64,000 nt of DNA, from the NCBI RefSeq assembly GCF_009914755.1, contig NC_060926.1; one strand, given 5' to 3'. Below, in pieces: positions 40,869-55,177 of the stretch. The translations under genes were made by a program, and so were the position numbers. Origin of the DNA: the human T2T-CHM13v2.0 reference genome, Homo sapiens. The notes beneath the pieces are model-generated. The model did not search any database. It saw nothing but the letters and a program-made list of their open reading frames with translations, and had not been told where the DNA came from. Numbering within the stretch: position 1 is the first letter of the stretch; each line of letters begins with the position of its first letter.

Positions 40869-41154
40869 TAAGAAACCTTTTATTCTAGATTAAAACTAGC
40901 TATCTTGGAAGTTAGCTAATGAAAACTCTTACGACTTTTTTTAAGAAATTAAGCTGCTGAAATTTCTTTTTTACAACCCTATTATACTTTAGCATCAATT
41001 TTTATAGTCTTTTGGAAAGAAGGACCTCCAACTGTTTTTATTTATTAATTATTCCATCCCAAATAAGTTGAGTTTTATAATGGGGCCCATGTTAAGCATA
41101 GAAAATATAAAAATAAGGTTGACATAGACAAGCATTAACTTAGAGAGAAGCATA

Positions 41155-41489
41155 ACTATGGAATGAATTGTGTCCCTCCAAAATCCAGATGTTGAAGCCC
41201 TAATCCCTAGTGTGACCGTATTAGCAGATAGTGCCCCTAAGAAGGTAATTAAAGCTAAATTAGGTCATAAGGGTGGGGCCCTGATGTGATAGGATTAGTA
41301 TCTTTATAAGAAGAGACACCAGAGATCTAGTGTCTGCAAGCCAGGAAGACAGGCCTCACCAGAAACCTGCCATGCTAGCACCCTGATCTCTGTCCTCTCT
41401 CCCCAAGAACTGTGAGAAAATAAATGTCTATTGTTTAAACCACCCAATGTCTAGTATTTTAATATAGTAGCCTAAGCAGACCAAGACAG
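41155..41489 (+). mobile_element. MLT1A-type MaLR LTR
   Basis: gaattgtgtccctccaaaat...gttgaagccctaa...gaactgtgagaaaataaatgtct...gaccaagaca. Confidence 0.85.
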
Positions 41490-43084
41490 AATATTCTCCT
41501 GTTTTGTTGCTATTGTTAATTTAGTTCATTTATTCTAACACTTGTCCTAAGCAAATGCTAAGAAGCCAGTTTTGTCTTAGGAGTCTTCCCATTCTAACCG
41601 AACTTCTTATTCTCCACTCTTCTCCCCATCTTTGGCAGTAAGGAAAAGAGATTGTACTTCAAAATTAGACAGACCTGTGCAAATTCTAGCACCTAACCTA
41701 AAAAGCACCAGGTTCGTTTTCCTCATGTATGGAAAGGGGCGAAATCACATTTACTTGCAGGTGTATTATATGACTTAAGTGAAAAATCAGGTGAGAATGC
41801 CTAATATTGTTAAATTGAGACATGGCAGTCTCTCAATAGATAACACTTCTGATCCTCTTGGATCAGAATTGTAGTCAAAGGTTGTTTTCCGAAATTATTT
41901 GGTTTGCTCTTCCCAACTGTGTCATTAGGTGCTGGCCTAAAGAGGCTAACGTTTTCTCTCTCCCAAAGAATTTTGATAACTGGAAAATCCTCATTGTCTA
42001 ACAATTAAAACTTCATGATAAATTTCTGACCCCATAACAAGAGGAAGAAGCAATGATATGTTGAGGTGTGAGTACCTGAGTAGTACCTAAAATGAAGTAA
42101 ATATATAGTTTCTACTAAAGAAAAAAGAAACAAAATAAAGCCCAATTGCGTTTATTCCCAGAATGTTTCAACATTTAAGCAATTCACTTAGCATTTTTTT
42201 TGTGACATAAAGTGAAGCAGGAAAATATCTACAATCTATATTATATCTATTAATCCTTGCAGTTTACAACATGCTTATTTTGTGTCAAGTGCTGTGCTGA
42301 GCTGTTGACATCTACCAACTCATTTAGCCCTTCCAGAAGCCCTTCCTTCACTAGCATGTCCAACTGGATTATGAAGTGAGGATGGGAGCCTCCATCTGAT
42401 ATTTATGACCGTCCCTTCCTTTGTGCGACAAGTGAAACTGTGTAATGCTGACTCATCTCACCCAGATAAGCAGAGTTGTAAGGACTCCTGGAGGTGTTGG
42501 GTGGTGTCTGGGCCAGTTTCATCTGGGAAATGATTATCACAAGTTTCAGATCAATTTTGGGGAGCTTTCTCCAAACAAGATCCAGAATCATCTTATCTTC
42601 ACCCTCTTTCAAGTATCGATAAAAGGGACAAAGGCTCTTTTCATGAGGAAATGTTCATACTCTGCAGCCGTTCAAAATACAAGTAGTCTCTCTGGTTCAT
42701 TATCTGGAATCATATAGAACTCCATGGTTGAGAGGAGGGGAGGGATGGTGGATGCACTCCTCTGACAAGCAGGAAATATGGGTCCTCTTGCTCTGTGACG
42801 GGGTCAGGACACCTAATGTCCCAAGCTGCCCTTCTAATAGAGATTATAAAAGAGACCATAAGACCAAAGAATTGCATGATGGGTACCCATTAGAGCATGC
42901 CTTGCCCTTTGCCTTCCAGGCTTCAGCCTCTAAACTTAACTTTCTCCTAGCTGACAACACAAATTGGAGGCTAAAATGCCAGGCAGGGATCTGTCTTGGC
43001 CTTTTGTTACATGGTCTACCTCCTTCAGATTTCCAAGACAACTGGAGCCATGCTGGCAGAGAACTTGCTAAGTCTTAACAGACG

Positions 43085-43335
43085 TTGATGGACTCATTGT
43101 TTATTCTCTCAGTTCACTAGTATATGCTGCATAAAGTCAGGGACCTGCCTGTCCTCATCACTGCTATATCACCACTCCTAGCAAGTGCCAGGCACATCTC
43201 AGGCACTCAGGAAATGATGGCAGGAAGGAGGGAAGGGAGGAATGGAGGAAGGGAGGAAGGAAGGAAGGAAGGGAGGGAGGGATGAAGGGAGGGAGGGAAG
43301 GGGAGAGGAGAGGAGAGAAGAAAAGAAGAAAGAAG
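43085..43335 (+). repeat. L2 3' tail running into a polypurine (GGAA/GGAG) tract
   Basis: cagggacctgcctgtcctcatcactgctatatcc...cctagcaagtgccaggcac, then a ~110 bp nearly pure purine run. Confidence 0.75.
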
Positions 43336-43734
43336 TCATCCTAGACCCTAAACAAGATGAAGAAACCCAAAGAATGCAGTACATAGTACACTAGGATTCC
43401 TTTCAGTATCAAAATCCAATACTGCAGTTGGAAGAATTCTCATAAATATTACTGAGCTCAGCCTCTCCTTTACTCAAGTCCACAGGGTTAAGCGGTTTAC
43501 TGTGGTCACACACAAGTTTGTAGCAGAGGCCTCCTGGCCCTGAGTCCAAGAGCTTTTCCCTTACACTCTGTGGCTTCTCAGGTGAGTTTTTCTGGTGTCT
43601 GCATTAACATTCTCTGTCTTTAAAAAGCACAGTGCACTTCACTTAGGGCCATTAAGAAATAAATGATGTATTTATTTGTTTATTTAATGAAGTAGGTGGA
43701 TAGAATCAGTTTTGAATTTTTTTTTCTGTGAGTA

Positions 43735-43890
43735 ATTTTTTTATTTTTATTTTTTAACTTTTGTTTTAGGTTCAGGGATACATGTGCATGTTTGTTACAT
43801 AGGTAAATTGTATGTCACACGGGTTTGGTGTACAGATTATCTCATCATCCAGGTAATAAGCATAGTACTCAATAAATTTTTTGATCTTCA
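43735..43890 (-). mobile_element. L1PA (old primate) 3'-end fragment
   Basis: aacttttgttttaggttcagggatacatgtgcatgtttgttacataggtaaa...gggtttggtgtacagattat. Confidence 0.85.
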
Positions 43891-45749
43891 TCTAGTTTTG
43901 AATTTTGGTAACAAAGCATTTCCTGTTTCTGGTATGCATATATGTGGATTTGCATGTGTTTTCCCTTGTAGTTTAAAGAGCAGAACAAGATAAAAATCAG
44001 TAGGGGTTTTCTCACCAAAGGAGAATAATTTTAGGGGAATTCAAGGGCTCAAATTCTCAACAATGTCCTTTTATTAAAAAAAAAAGTGCCTCTACAATTT
44101 TGAAATTGAGACAGTGGTGACATTTAATAAAAAGATTTCGAGATTTCAAATCCTGAACTATGGCTGTGTGCAAACTGACAATTGTGACTTGAAAGAAATT
44201 ATCTTATAATTCCCAAGTTTAATACCATGCCTATGAATAAGGAAACTGAGCCAATCAGGATTTCTCAGGAGACAGCAAGTGGACCGCTACCCACCTAGGA
44301 AGGGCAAGCTGCTGAGACCTGATGCCAAAACAAGAAGAGGTTCTGCAGCGAGGGGGAGGCACCTTCACACATGGAGCAAAAGGGCTCACGGCCACTCTCT
44401 CAACCTCCTCTAGTCCCTGGACCAGAACCAAGAGCTGTTGTAGGAGTAGTTTCCAAAGAGTATAATCTTAGGAGTTTCAAATTTCAGATATTATATTTAC
44501 ACAGTGCTTTTAACTTTCTAATTGTCTTTTTCCTGTTAATTAGTGTTAACACCCTCCTCCCCACCACAAGGACTAGAAGGCACTATTTTGTGTCCATTTT
44601 TAAAATAAGGAACCAGAGAATAAAAAAGTTAGAGAATCTCTGAGCCCAGAGTAGAAATCTCGTTCCTAGCCACCAGTTCCATGGTCTTTCTCCTAGACCT
44701 TTCTGGGAATTTTTTTTCCTTTTTTGGCAGACAAATGGTTATGCTAAAAATTTAAAACTAGAAGCAAAAATACTGGAAATGGCAAACTGTATTCTAATTG
44801 CCTCCCCTGGATTTCCTACTCCTGTAAATATGGACAAATATAGTGGTATAAATGAAATCCACAAGTATTAAGGACCACCGTATTGGAAAGATGAAGCCAC
44901 TTCCTCATAGAGCTATCTAAAGAACAAGTATAGCTAACATGCTGCTAATCTTTAGCATGCTGTTAATTTTGAGTTACATGTTCTCCACCTTCCTCAGCAA
45001 TCCTTTGGATGGCAGTTCCAATGTATGAAGCAATGGACACAAGGATCAAAACACACAGTTTTGGAATAACTGGCCCCCAGGTAACTAAGAGATGACTGTC
45101 CTCCCGTAACCTAACTAACTGGTTCCTTCTACCAAGTAATAAACAACCTTCCGGAAGCCACTTTTCCATCCCTTGGAAAAACGTCTTTCAAGGATATCTC
45201 TAATGCAGTTTTCTAGCCCTGGGATTCAATATTTCAAGAAATACCTTTAAGCCAACTAAACCTCTAGAGATTTTTCTGTTTTCACTCAACTCTTGTTTCA
45301 GTTCCAATATTTCTAGGAAAACATTGATTTACTGTGGTAAATTACGAGATGTTTTTAACGTTGGATGCAGTGTATCTGATTTGTGATCTCTAGGCCTCAG
45401 ATGTTTTATAGCAGAAGTTAAAATTCTACACTGCAGGCTGGCATGGATAGGCTCACCTGTAAGCCCATAAAACCCTCCACCAGATGTGTTGCTTCTTTTC
45501 TCACACCTCTGACTCCACTTTCCTTGATTCGTCATGATCCACTTCAATAAATTAGTGATGCATAATTTCAAACAGCTGATTTCAGACTAGTCCTAAAGTG
45601 ATCTAAGTGTCATGCTGAAAGGCACAGATGCTGAAGCTTGATGGAGATTGGCTGCACATGATGGTGGGAATCACAAAAGCAGAAAGGTATGCTTGATGTA
45701 TCTGAAAAAAGCAAAAAAGCCTAAGCTTCCAAGTGTAATAGTTGCCTAT

Positions 45750-45890
45750 TAGGTTGTTTGCTCTTCCAAACAGTAAGATCTGTGAGGTCTTGTGTCTGTC
45801 CTATTCATCATCAAATATTCAGTACCTACTCCTGAGCCCAGTGCAGGGGAGGGGAACAGTAAATATTTGTAGAAGGGATGAATGAAAGGT
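45750..45890 (+). mobile_element. L2 3' tail
   Basis: gtaagatctgtgagg...tgtctgtcctattcatc...gtaaatatttgtagaagggatgaatgaa. Confidence 0.65.
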
Positions 45891-46339
45891 AGGCCAAATG
45901 AGCCATGAGGAGGGAGAAGCACAAGTTCAAGTCATCAAAATCTAAAGCTGAATTTTTCAACTTATTTCCTCCTTTCTATTCAGCGATACTTGCAAATCTC
46001 GAGAAAACTTATTGTCATTTTTTTTTTCAGTTGGGCTGAACTGCACAATCATCAACTTCCCTGTTGACTCTGCCTCTAAAGACAATAGGTCTTGGGTTCA
46101 AGCTCCACGTGGATCTGTTAGTGCCTTTTTCTGTTTTATGGCCAGAGATGCAAATTACATCTATGTTTATTCCTCTTGCTATCTATGTCTTTTAATGTTT
46201 CACACTCTGCATAGGAAAAGTACTTTGTAACATCTAATTCTAGTCCTCCCTGTCACAATTTAAACCCATCCCTATTCTGCGTTGGGGGAGGACAAAAGAC
46301 AACTCTTGATTAACTTTCATGCCCCATTTTGATTCCTTT

Positions 46340-46790
46340 CTGGATCAGTTAGCTTTTGCTGTATAACAAACCACCCTCATTAGTGGCTTAAAACAACAAC
46401 CACTTTAATTAGCTCATGATTCTGTGTATTATCAATTTGTGTTGGGCTCATTCAGGTGGTTTTACTCGAGTGATCTGGGCTCAACTGTCCTTGACTGGGC
46501 TTACTCATATATTTAGGGGCCCCAAAAGATGCTGTGAATAGCCAAAGGATGGTACCTCCCTCTGCAAGGTCTCTCATTCTCCAGGAAGCTGAACCAGCAT
46601 TGTTCATATGGTGGCAGAGGATAACAAAAGCTATAAAAACTTGGAAAGCCTAGTTCAGGAGTCAATTATAATTTCTGCCACATTCTATTGGTCAAATCAA
46701 ATCACCAGGCCAGCCCAGATTTAAAGGGTACAGAAATAAATTTCCCTTCTTGATAGGAAGAATTTGTGACCATTTTTGTAATCTACTACA
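46340..46790 (-). mobile_element. MLT1-family MaLR LTR (MLT1H/J-like)
   Basis: ttgctgtataacaaaccacc...agtggcttaaaacaac...ttctgccacattctattggtcaaa...ggccagcccagatt...aatctactaca. Confidence 0.8.
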
Positions 46791-47439
46791 CCATCCTAGG
46801 GTTCCTTCAGTTTCTTCAGTCTCATCTTTTCCTCACATTTTCCCCAAATAAGTCTTTTTTCTGTTCATTTGGGATGCAACTTTAAGACTCCATGTATATC
46901 TTAATCATTTATTCCATAAAAACTTATTAGGCATCTGCTGTATATAAAGATCCATGGTAGGCTCAAAGTCTACCAAAGCATGGTTCTTAACACTTAAGGG
47001 GCTTAAGGATAGAGGATCAAGCAAATAATTAAGAACTAGAAAGTGAAGAAAAATTAAAGAATCTTAGTAACAATGAGAACATGATTCAGGGTCATTAAAC
47101 TCAAGTCAGAAAGAGAGAGCCAGAAAAGATTCCTGGAAAAGATGGTGCTTAAATGAGTAGGAGCCATATAGATCAGTACTACTCAAAGTGTGGTCTGTGG
47201 ACTAGTGGCAGTATGCAAACTGTTCGTTACTGGTTTGATGCAAGAGAAGAGTAAGAGTTTGGAAATTATAATAGTAACTTGGTATTGCTGCAAAGTGCAA
47301 GCATGTGATTTTGAAAAATTGTCTGTGACAAATTTAAATTTAATTTCTTAAATGATCCATCATCATAGATAGTCTGAGATGTACTGACTAGGTAAAAAAA
47401 GTGGACAGAATGCCCCAAGCTAAGGAAATAGCATGTGGA

Positions 47440-47903
47440 TGTTAGGCTGAATAATGAACCCCCAAAAGATATCCAAGTCCTAATCTCTAGAACCCATAAA
47501 TGTTCTCTCATATGGAAAAAGGGTTTTGCAGATGTGATTAAGTTAAGAATTTTTAGACAAGGAGATGACCCTGGATTATCTGGGTGGGCCCTAAATGTAA
47601 TCACATTTGTTCTTGTAAGAGGGGAGCAGAGGGATATTTGACACTGACAGAAGAGGAGAAGGCAATGTGGCCTTGGAAGCAGAAACGGATTAACATGGCC
47701 ATGAACCAAAGAATGAGGGCAGCCACCAAAAGTCAGAAGAGACACGGAATGGATTCTTCCCTAAAGCCTCCAGAGGGAGAGTAAACCTATCTACATGTTG
47801 ATTTTGGACTTCTGGGATGCAGAACTGTGAGGGAATAAATGTCTGATGCTTAAGACTCCAAGTTTATGGTAATTTGTCACAACATTCATAGGAGACTAAC
47901 ACA
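47440..47903 (+). mobile_element. MLT1C/D-type MaLR LTR
   Basis: aataatgaacccccaaaagatatccaagtcctaatc...ttttgcagatgtgattaagttaag...gaactgtgagggaataaat...actaacaca. Confidence 0.85.
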
Positions 47904-50900
47904 CAATTATGAAGACAAGGGAGCATGAAGCAGCTCGATATATTCAGGGATCTGTAAGGAGCTAGACAGTAACTAAAGGAAAATACACATGTAGGGAGGA
48001 GTAGTAAGGATAGGGAGAAAGAAGGAGGCAAGGACTGGGAAGAACAAGGATCCCAACTTCATCTCATACTGGGGTTGGAATAATTAAAGAGAAAGACTTT
48101 AGAAACCATTCAGTTCTTAGTTGGCAGAGTGTAGTTGTATCCTATATGGACTAAAGCACAAAGGAATATTGTCTTTTGAACTCAATGCAAGAAAAACGAG
48201 CACGCCTTGCATGCATCTATAAATTCAAACCAAGTTGTGTGAATTGATGTGTACTCTAAGCCCAGCTTTCTCAGGGGAGAAGAACAAGCCAAATCTGATG
48301 ATAAAAGAGAAGAAGGTATATTATTTACCTGGTTCATAAGGAGTGGATGCTATAACAAGCTAAGAGCTAGTAAAAACAAATCTTCCAATTTGTCTAGCCT
48401 GAAACACACACACACTCAGATACATTGTAAAACCAGCCTATCATACTAACCTAAAGGAAAAAGGAAGACCATTTAAAAAAAAAAAAAGAGTGAGGGAAGA
48501 CTGAGGACTGGCAATTGCTAGTGACATGTTTACTAAATATATTCTAAAACATTAAACATAACATTGGAAAGCAAAGGAGCCAAGTGGTTGGAGAAGCCCA
48601 CTGATTACTATTCAGGTTTGGTCTCTGATCTGCTTTCTCGGCACTTGGCTTCACAACCAGAGCTCAGCCAAATAAATCTGCATCTCTGGCATCTCCAGGC
48701 AACTCCGAACTTGGCATTTCTGACACAGGAGAGCTAGCCAGGAAACCCCTCTTTGGAGGGGAACCAATGGGCCAGATTCACTCTATCAACATCCAGACAT
48801 CATAGCTAATTACAAACACACAGGACCAACCTGACAGCCAGCTCTGTAAGTAGCAGACACCAGCATTCCACAGGGAACTGGCTTGGCTTCAGTGAGTACT
48901 CCCAGTGACGAGAACCCTTTTAAGCAAGACACTCCAAGGGCTCACCAGATTGTGATGGGTTTTGTGTGGCCATGTAAAGACATTCTCCCACCAGCCCCCA
49001 ACCCTAGGAAAACCAAATTTCTATTCAGAGAAAGTAAATGGAAATCTCTATCAATAAGAGTATATTCAATATTGTAGAAATATAAATAAATAGCTAATCA
49101 CATCCCTGCCCCACCCATCTGGTGCTAAACTCCTTTTCGATTGGAGCCTAGGAAAAATTCTAGAAAGGAAATTGGTAAAACCTTTGACCCATAACTCAGG
49201 GAGAAAAACAGTTTGACTCAGAAGCCCATGATGTCTTTCCCTTTTCTGACATTTTCTAACAAGAAGTTATTCAGCAGGAAAACTGGAAATTTGGCCACAA
49301 ATGTTAAGATCTAGGCAATGAATTAGTCAAATGTTTTTATGGAGAATCCATTTGTACTTGACATTAATTTAGGTTGTCTGCTAGAAGGTCAGGCTTCTTG
49401 GAAAAGTTGGGGCCAGGAGAACAGAGTGCTATGCCACCAGATCCTGATGGCCTAAAGCATCTTGAGAAATGCACTCTGCTTCACACCCCTGCATCAGTGT
49501 GATCCTGGCACTTGTGTTTGTTACAGGAGGGTTGTCTAAGTGGCTGGTTTAATCATATTACTCCAGTGGCCCGCAAGTAAGTGACACATCAGCAGCCTAG
49601 ATGGCCAAAATCACTCAACTCAACTGAGCCAGAGCATTGAGCCAATATTCTGCATGGAGTCTTTACATCCCTAAGACAATTATATTATTGTGCAATTTGC
49701 CACCATAATGTGGATCTTGGCTCTTAGGAAGAGTTTATTAAAGCTTATTTTTAAATTCCCTCTCTAGCCCATCTGTTCTACATCCCTTCAACAACTTTTT
49801 GGGCTACATTTGACTAGATAAGAGCTTTATGCATTAACCCTGGTTAGATGGTAGAGAACTGTCCTAAATCTTTCTTCCTCAAATGGAACCATGATGAGGA
49901 CGTCTAACTTATTTTTTCTGATGAAGGAATGTATATTTCTGCATAAAAGAAAGATTTGGTATCCAGAAATCACAGTAGCATTGCATTCTAGTAATCCTTC
50001 ATGTGTCATACTTGGAAAGATGATCAAGTAACATTATCCCATTTGTATTCCATTGTCCTTTTACATGTTGCCACTTTCAGCCCTAGGTTCTTAGACCATG
50101 TGCACATTTGTCACAGAGGATCCTTTATCTTGAGCATTCCAAGGGTCTGTGGCAGAATACCAGTCCCCCTTCCACATCCTACACTAGTCCAGGAAGAAAT
50201 CTGTGTCCAGAAAGAGAATAGCTCTAGTAGAATGACCTTTACTGAGGCTTGATATCTGCTACCTTATAAGCTTCTTATACACTCAGCCTAATCCACCTGG
50301 AGGCTTTGCTGCCTGATGGAAGGTGATAAAAAAAGTTGTTATGCTATAAGCCCTGTCTTAGATTCAAGGCATGTAGGCTGTGTAAGATTCTGAGGCTTAG
50401 GGCAGACAGAGGGGGAAATAATTCTTAGTTCAGGTGCAATTTTCAAGATGCTTATTAGGATGAACTCTGGTCTAAGAACAACTTTATTGGTATGAAAGTC
50501 AGGCAAGGCTTCCTAATAGGAAGGAGGCTCCCAGCTTCCCAGCATTTCAGAGGGGCTAATGTAATGGTGATCATAAAACTTGACAAAAACCAACAGGAAC
50601 CAAGAAGCCCAAGTCTAGAAATCTACAATCCACAGAGGATCAACAGCTTGTATTCTGGATATCTTAAAGGTGAATGCTCTAAAACACCCATCTGCCAGTG
50701 GTGATGAAAACCTGGACACCCACAGTTATAAATAATTCATTCTATTTCTTACAGCAACTAAGGCGAGGGCCTAAATTCCAAATTCAACTGGGTTTTTTAT
50801 TTACACCCTTGGCCAAGAAAAGAAAGCTCATAGATGGAGCTTCTAAGAATAATGGAAGCATGTCTCCAAGCAGAGAGGGAGACTTTGAGATACCTTACTA

Positions 50901-51016
50901 AAAAACTGCTTCTCTGAGTAATAGGATAATTGCTTCTCAGAATCACAAAATGAAATGAAAATATAAACCATAGTGGAGGAACTAAAAAATGTAAAAATGT
51001 TATTGTATTATGAAAG

Positions 51017-52360
51017 ATTTTTAATATTTGTGGGTACATAGTAGATGTATGTATTAATGGAGTATACAAAATACCCTGATACAGGCATACAATGTGTAAT
51101 AATCCCATCAGGGTAAATGGGGTATCCATCGCTTCAAGCATTTATCCTTTGTGTTACAAACCAATTACATTCTTTTGTTACTTTAAAATGTATAATTAAA
51201 TTATTGACTATAGTCACCCTGTTGTGCTATCAAATGCTAAGTCTTATTCATTGTTTCTATTTTTATTTTGTACTCATTAACCAACCCCATTTCCCTCCTA
51301 CTTCTCCCACCCCCACTACCTTTCCCAGCCTCTGGTAACCAGTCTTCTATTCTCCATCTCTATGAGTTTAATTATTTTGATTTTTAGCTCCTACAAATAA
51401 GTGAGAATATGCAAAGTTTGTTTTTCTGTGCCTGACTTTTCTCACTTTACATAATGACTTCCAGTTCCATTCATGTTGCTGCAAATGACAAGATCTCATT
51501 CTTTTTATGGCTAAATAGTACTCCATTGTGTATATATACCACATTTTCATTATCCAGTCATCTGACGATGAACACTTCAGTTGCTTCCAAATCTTGGCAG
51601 TTGTGGACAGTGGTGTAATAAACATGGAAGTGCCGATATCTCTTTGATATACTGATTTCCTTTCTTTTGGGAATATACTCAGCAATGTGATTGCTGGATT
51701 TTATGGTAGCTCTATGTTTAGTTTTTTGAGGAACCTCCAAACTGCTCTCTATAGTGGCTGTACTAATTTACATTCCCACCAACAGTGTACAAGTGTTACC
51801 TTTTCTTCGTTTCCTCACCAGCATTTGTTTTTGCCTGTCTTTTGGACAAAAGCCATTTTAACTGGGGTAAGATGATATGTTGTTGTAGTTTTGATTTGCT
51901 TGTCTCTGATAATCAATGATGTTGAGAACCTTTTCATATGTCTGTTTTCCATTTGAGAAATATCTATTTGAGTTTTTTGCCCATTTTAAAATGAGATTAT
52001 TAGATTTTTTCCTATAGAGTCATTTGAGCTCCTTATACATTCTGGTTATCAATCCCTTGTCAGATGAGTAGTTTGCAAATATTTTCTCCTATTCTGTGGG
52101 TTGTCTCTTCACTTTGTTGATTGTTTCCTTTGCTGTGCAGACACTTTTTAACTTGATGTGATCCAATTTGTCCATTTTTGCTTTGGTGGCCTATGCTTGT
52201 GGGGTACTACACAAGAAACTTTTGTCCAGACCAATATTCGGGAGAGTTTCCCAATGTTTTCATGTAGTAGTTTCATAGTTTGAGGTCTTATATTTAAGTC
52301 TTTAATCCATTTTGATTTGATTTTTGTATATGGTGAGAAATAGGGGTCCAGTTTCATTCA
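51017..52360 (-). mobile_element. 5'-truncated L1MA-type LINE (ORF2 C-terminus plus 3'UTR, decayed)
   Basis: Track ORF 52148-52357 [31 protein letters not shown] is L1 ORF2 C-terminal sequence; possible TSD gaaagatttt / gaaagaatttt. Confidence 0.95.
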
Positions 52361-52844
52361 CGAAAGAATTTTCTTGCCCTAAAGCAAAAAAATGGGATTT
52401 TTTGTGCTCAGCAAACACACTTCAAAGGGAAATTATTTACAGTCTGCATTGAAAGAAAAGTTTCTTCCTTTTAATAAATTTTCAGTGTTGAAAAATTTGG
52501 TATATTGGAAAGATATTTGTCCATTGATAAACTGTTTACATTTTTCTCTCTCATATATTCCTGATTAGATTATATAAATATAGAATATCTATATTATATC
52601 TATGTTACCATTATAGCTGTATTACCAATATCTATATTATCATTGATCAGGTGGCATATATATACATATATCACCTGATATGTTGTTGGCAGGTATAAGA
52701 TAAGACTCATAGTCACTGACATCACCAATTCTGTGTCCTTTGAAATATACACATATTTGAATATCAGAACTTCTGAGAAAACCTCTCCTTTGGGAGGAGT
52801 GGGTGATATACATAATTTCTTCACAATTATAATAGAATCTCCAT

Positions 52845-53010
52845 CAATACTCACAACAGGGAATTATTTTAGCCTCATTTCATAGAAGAATAAAATGTGA
52901 GCCTGGGAAGATTCAGTGACTTGCTCAAGGTCACACAGCTAGGAAAGGTTAGAACTGGCATTCCTGATTCTTAATCTTGTGCTTTCTCTAGTACAGTATG
53001 CTGCCTTTAG
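52845..53010 (-). mobile_element. MIR
   Basis: cagtgacttgctcaaggtcacacagctagg. Confidence 0.75.
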
Positions 53011-53569
53011 TCTGAACCCTAAATGGACCACATTCCAGAAAAGCTAATGATATTTGTAAATGCCATTATTAGTAAGTGATTTATCTTACCCAATTTCCAT
53101 TCTTCCTGAAAGAGATGTCTGTATCTGCCATGAGCTAAAACAGTAGCATTCTACCTACCTGGCAAGAACATGACTCCCCTGAGTTGCTAAGTTTAGGCAT
53201 ATCAGACAAAATGGAAGAATGTAAAGTTACAATGATTTTATATCTCCCAGTTGAGATAATGCTACTGAGAACCACTCGGAGCTGAATAAATTGAACAAGT
53301 GCAGTTTTGATTAGTTTCAAAAGACAAAGTATAGTATTTTTTTTTCCTAAATCAAAAAGAAAAGTCAATGGCAGCAAAATAAAGCTCTTATTCTAAATAA
53401 ACTCAGTTTTATATTTATTTGCTGAATTTCAATAGTATATATACAGAATAATTTGAGCCATCTATGCATAAAAATGATACTTTGCATTAGAAAGATTCAT
53501 AGGTAAATACCTAAACAAATGAAACATTTAAAATATACAATGGCACACAATGCAAATGAATCTATCGTA

Positions 53570-53820
53570 ATAGCTTTGGCTAACATTCTTCCAGGCTTAC
53601 CATATGCCACGCCTTGTGCTAAGCGGGTATTATCTCATTTCATCCTCACAACAACCCTATCAGGAAAAAACTAGCATCCCTTCCAATTACAGATAAAGAA
53701 ACCAAGGTTCTGTAAAGTTAAGTGGCTTGTTTGAGCCCCTGAGGGAGAAAGGGGCAGAGCTGGGGATTGAAAGCAGATTGACAGAGGACCAAGGCCCCGT
53801 GTGTTATCACCACCTATGGT
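53570..53820 (-). mobile_element. MIR
   Basis: tattatctcatttcatcctcacaacaaccctat...tacagataaagaaacc...gttaagtggcttg. Confidence 0.8.
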
Positions 53821-54319
53821 CTCCTCTTTTCACATTACCTGATATTCTACCCACATGCACTAATTTGAGGAGCAAAATAAGTTGGGATTGTTTTTTTAAT
53901 AAAGTTTTTTTAAAACAACTAGCTGGTAATAAGTTATTTAATTTCCCCTCTGAAGACACCACATGAGCCTTACCTATGATCCAGTGCTAACCCCAACATG
54001 GTGCATAAAAACTGGCCTCTTCACCCAACCCCCAGCACTTGCCTCTTCAGCTCTCCTCGCATTTACCTCACCCTAGAATCAGACCAAAGAAAGTCACGAG
54101 TGCAGCCTGAGGTATTAGAAGGTAGAATGGACCTAGCAGAAAGAGACAAGAACACAACGTGGGGGCAAAAAAGGCCTGTCCCGTTACCAACACCACCAGA
54201 CCCACCATACTGGCCTACCCCAAACTAGTGTTTTCATTTCTCCTGACTGATCAAGTCTCATCTGTCTGCTTTTTGTCTAAATGCAAGTGACATTTATATC
54301 CATCCCCTCCTTCTTTTAA

Positions 54320-54700
54320 CCATTTGTTCATGTCTATATTTGAGTTTCTGGCATCATGCTAGGTTCTAAGGATACAAAAATGAATGAGATGCTATCACCT
54401 GCTGTCAAGAAATTCACAGCCTAGGGAGAGAGTGACATATGACCAGAGAGGGTCCAATGTGGACAGATAATGAAGAAGGGAGTCAGCAGAGGAGATTCTG
54501 AGAACACAAAGGAGAAGAGAGGCAGCAACCCAGCGTGGGTGGGGTGAGCTGATCAGAGAAGGCCTCCTGGAGCAGTGCACCCAGAGCTGATATGGAGTTG
54601 GAAAGGTGAGTGCATGAGTGAAGGAAATGAGTGGAGTGGGGGAACAGTGTTCTGGGCAGAGTGGACCTCATGACCCAGAAAGAGCCTGGTGTGTCCAGTG
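54320..54700 (-). mobile_element. L2 fragment
   Basis: catttgttca...atgctaggttctaaggatacaaaaatgaatgaga...tcagagaaggcctcctggag. Confidence 0.7.
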
Positions 54701-54820
54701 ATTCACTATCTGTGATCTAAGTAAAATGCCTAAAGAGAGGCAGGTATGTTAATCTCCAAGACCCCCAGAAAAAAAGAGATTGGTATAGAGAGGCTTTGCA
54801 CTAACTCCTCCTTTCCTGCC

Positions 54821-55177
54821 TGTTATGGTTTGTCTGTGTCTCCACCCAAATCTCATCTTCAATTCTAGTTCCCATAGTCCCCATGTGTTGTGGGAGGGAC
54901 CCTGTGGGAGGTAACTGAATCATGGGAGTGGTTACCATGATTGTGAGTGAGTTCTCAAGAGATCTGATGATTTTATAAGGGACTTTTCCCGCTTTGCTCG
55001 GCACTTCTTCCTGACATCATGTTAAGAAGGACATGTTTACTTCCCCTTCCACCATGATTGTAAGTTTCCTGAGGCCTCCCCAGCCATGCAGAAATGTGAG
55101 TCAATTAAGCCTCTTTCCTTTATAAATTGCCCAGTCTCTGGCAGTCCTTTATGGTAGTGGGAGAATGGACTAATACA
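54821..55177 (+). mobile_element. THE1-family MaLR solo LTR
   Basis: tgttatggtttg...ccacccaaatctcatctt...catgattgtaagtttcctgaggcctccccagccatgc...gactaataca; perfect 5-bp TSD ctgcc (54816-54820 / 55178-55182). Confidence 0.95.

Noticed and set aside
47266-47784. 159-aa and overlapping ORFs
   Set aside because: They lie largely within an MLT1 LTR, and I saw no supporting splice or domain evidence.
51368-52357. ORFs with L1 ORF2 similarity (also 5176-5502)
   Set aside because: Frameshifted fragments of truncated, inactive LINE-1 copies.
53090-53105. 16-nt minus-strand microexon-like unit (tttcag|GAAGAATGGAAATTGG|gtaaga)
   Set aside because: Frameshifting length and no supporting context; such matches are expected by chance in 64 kb.
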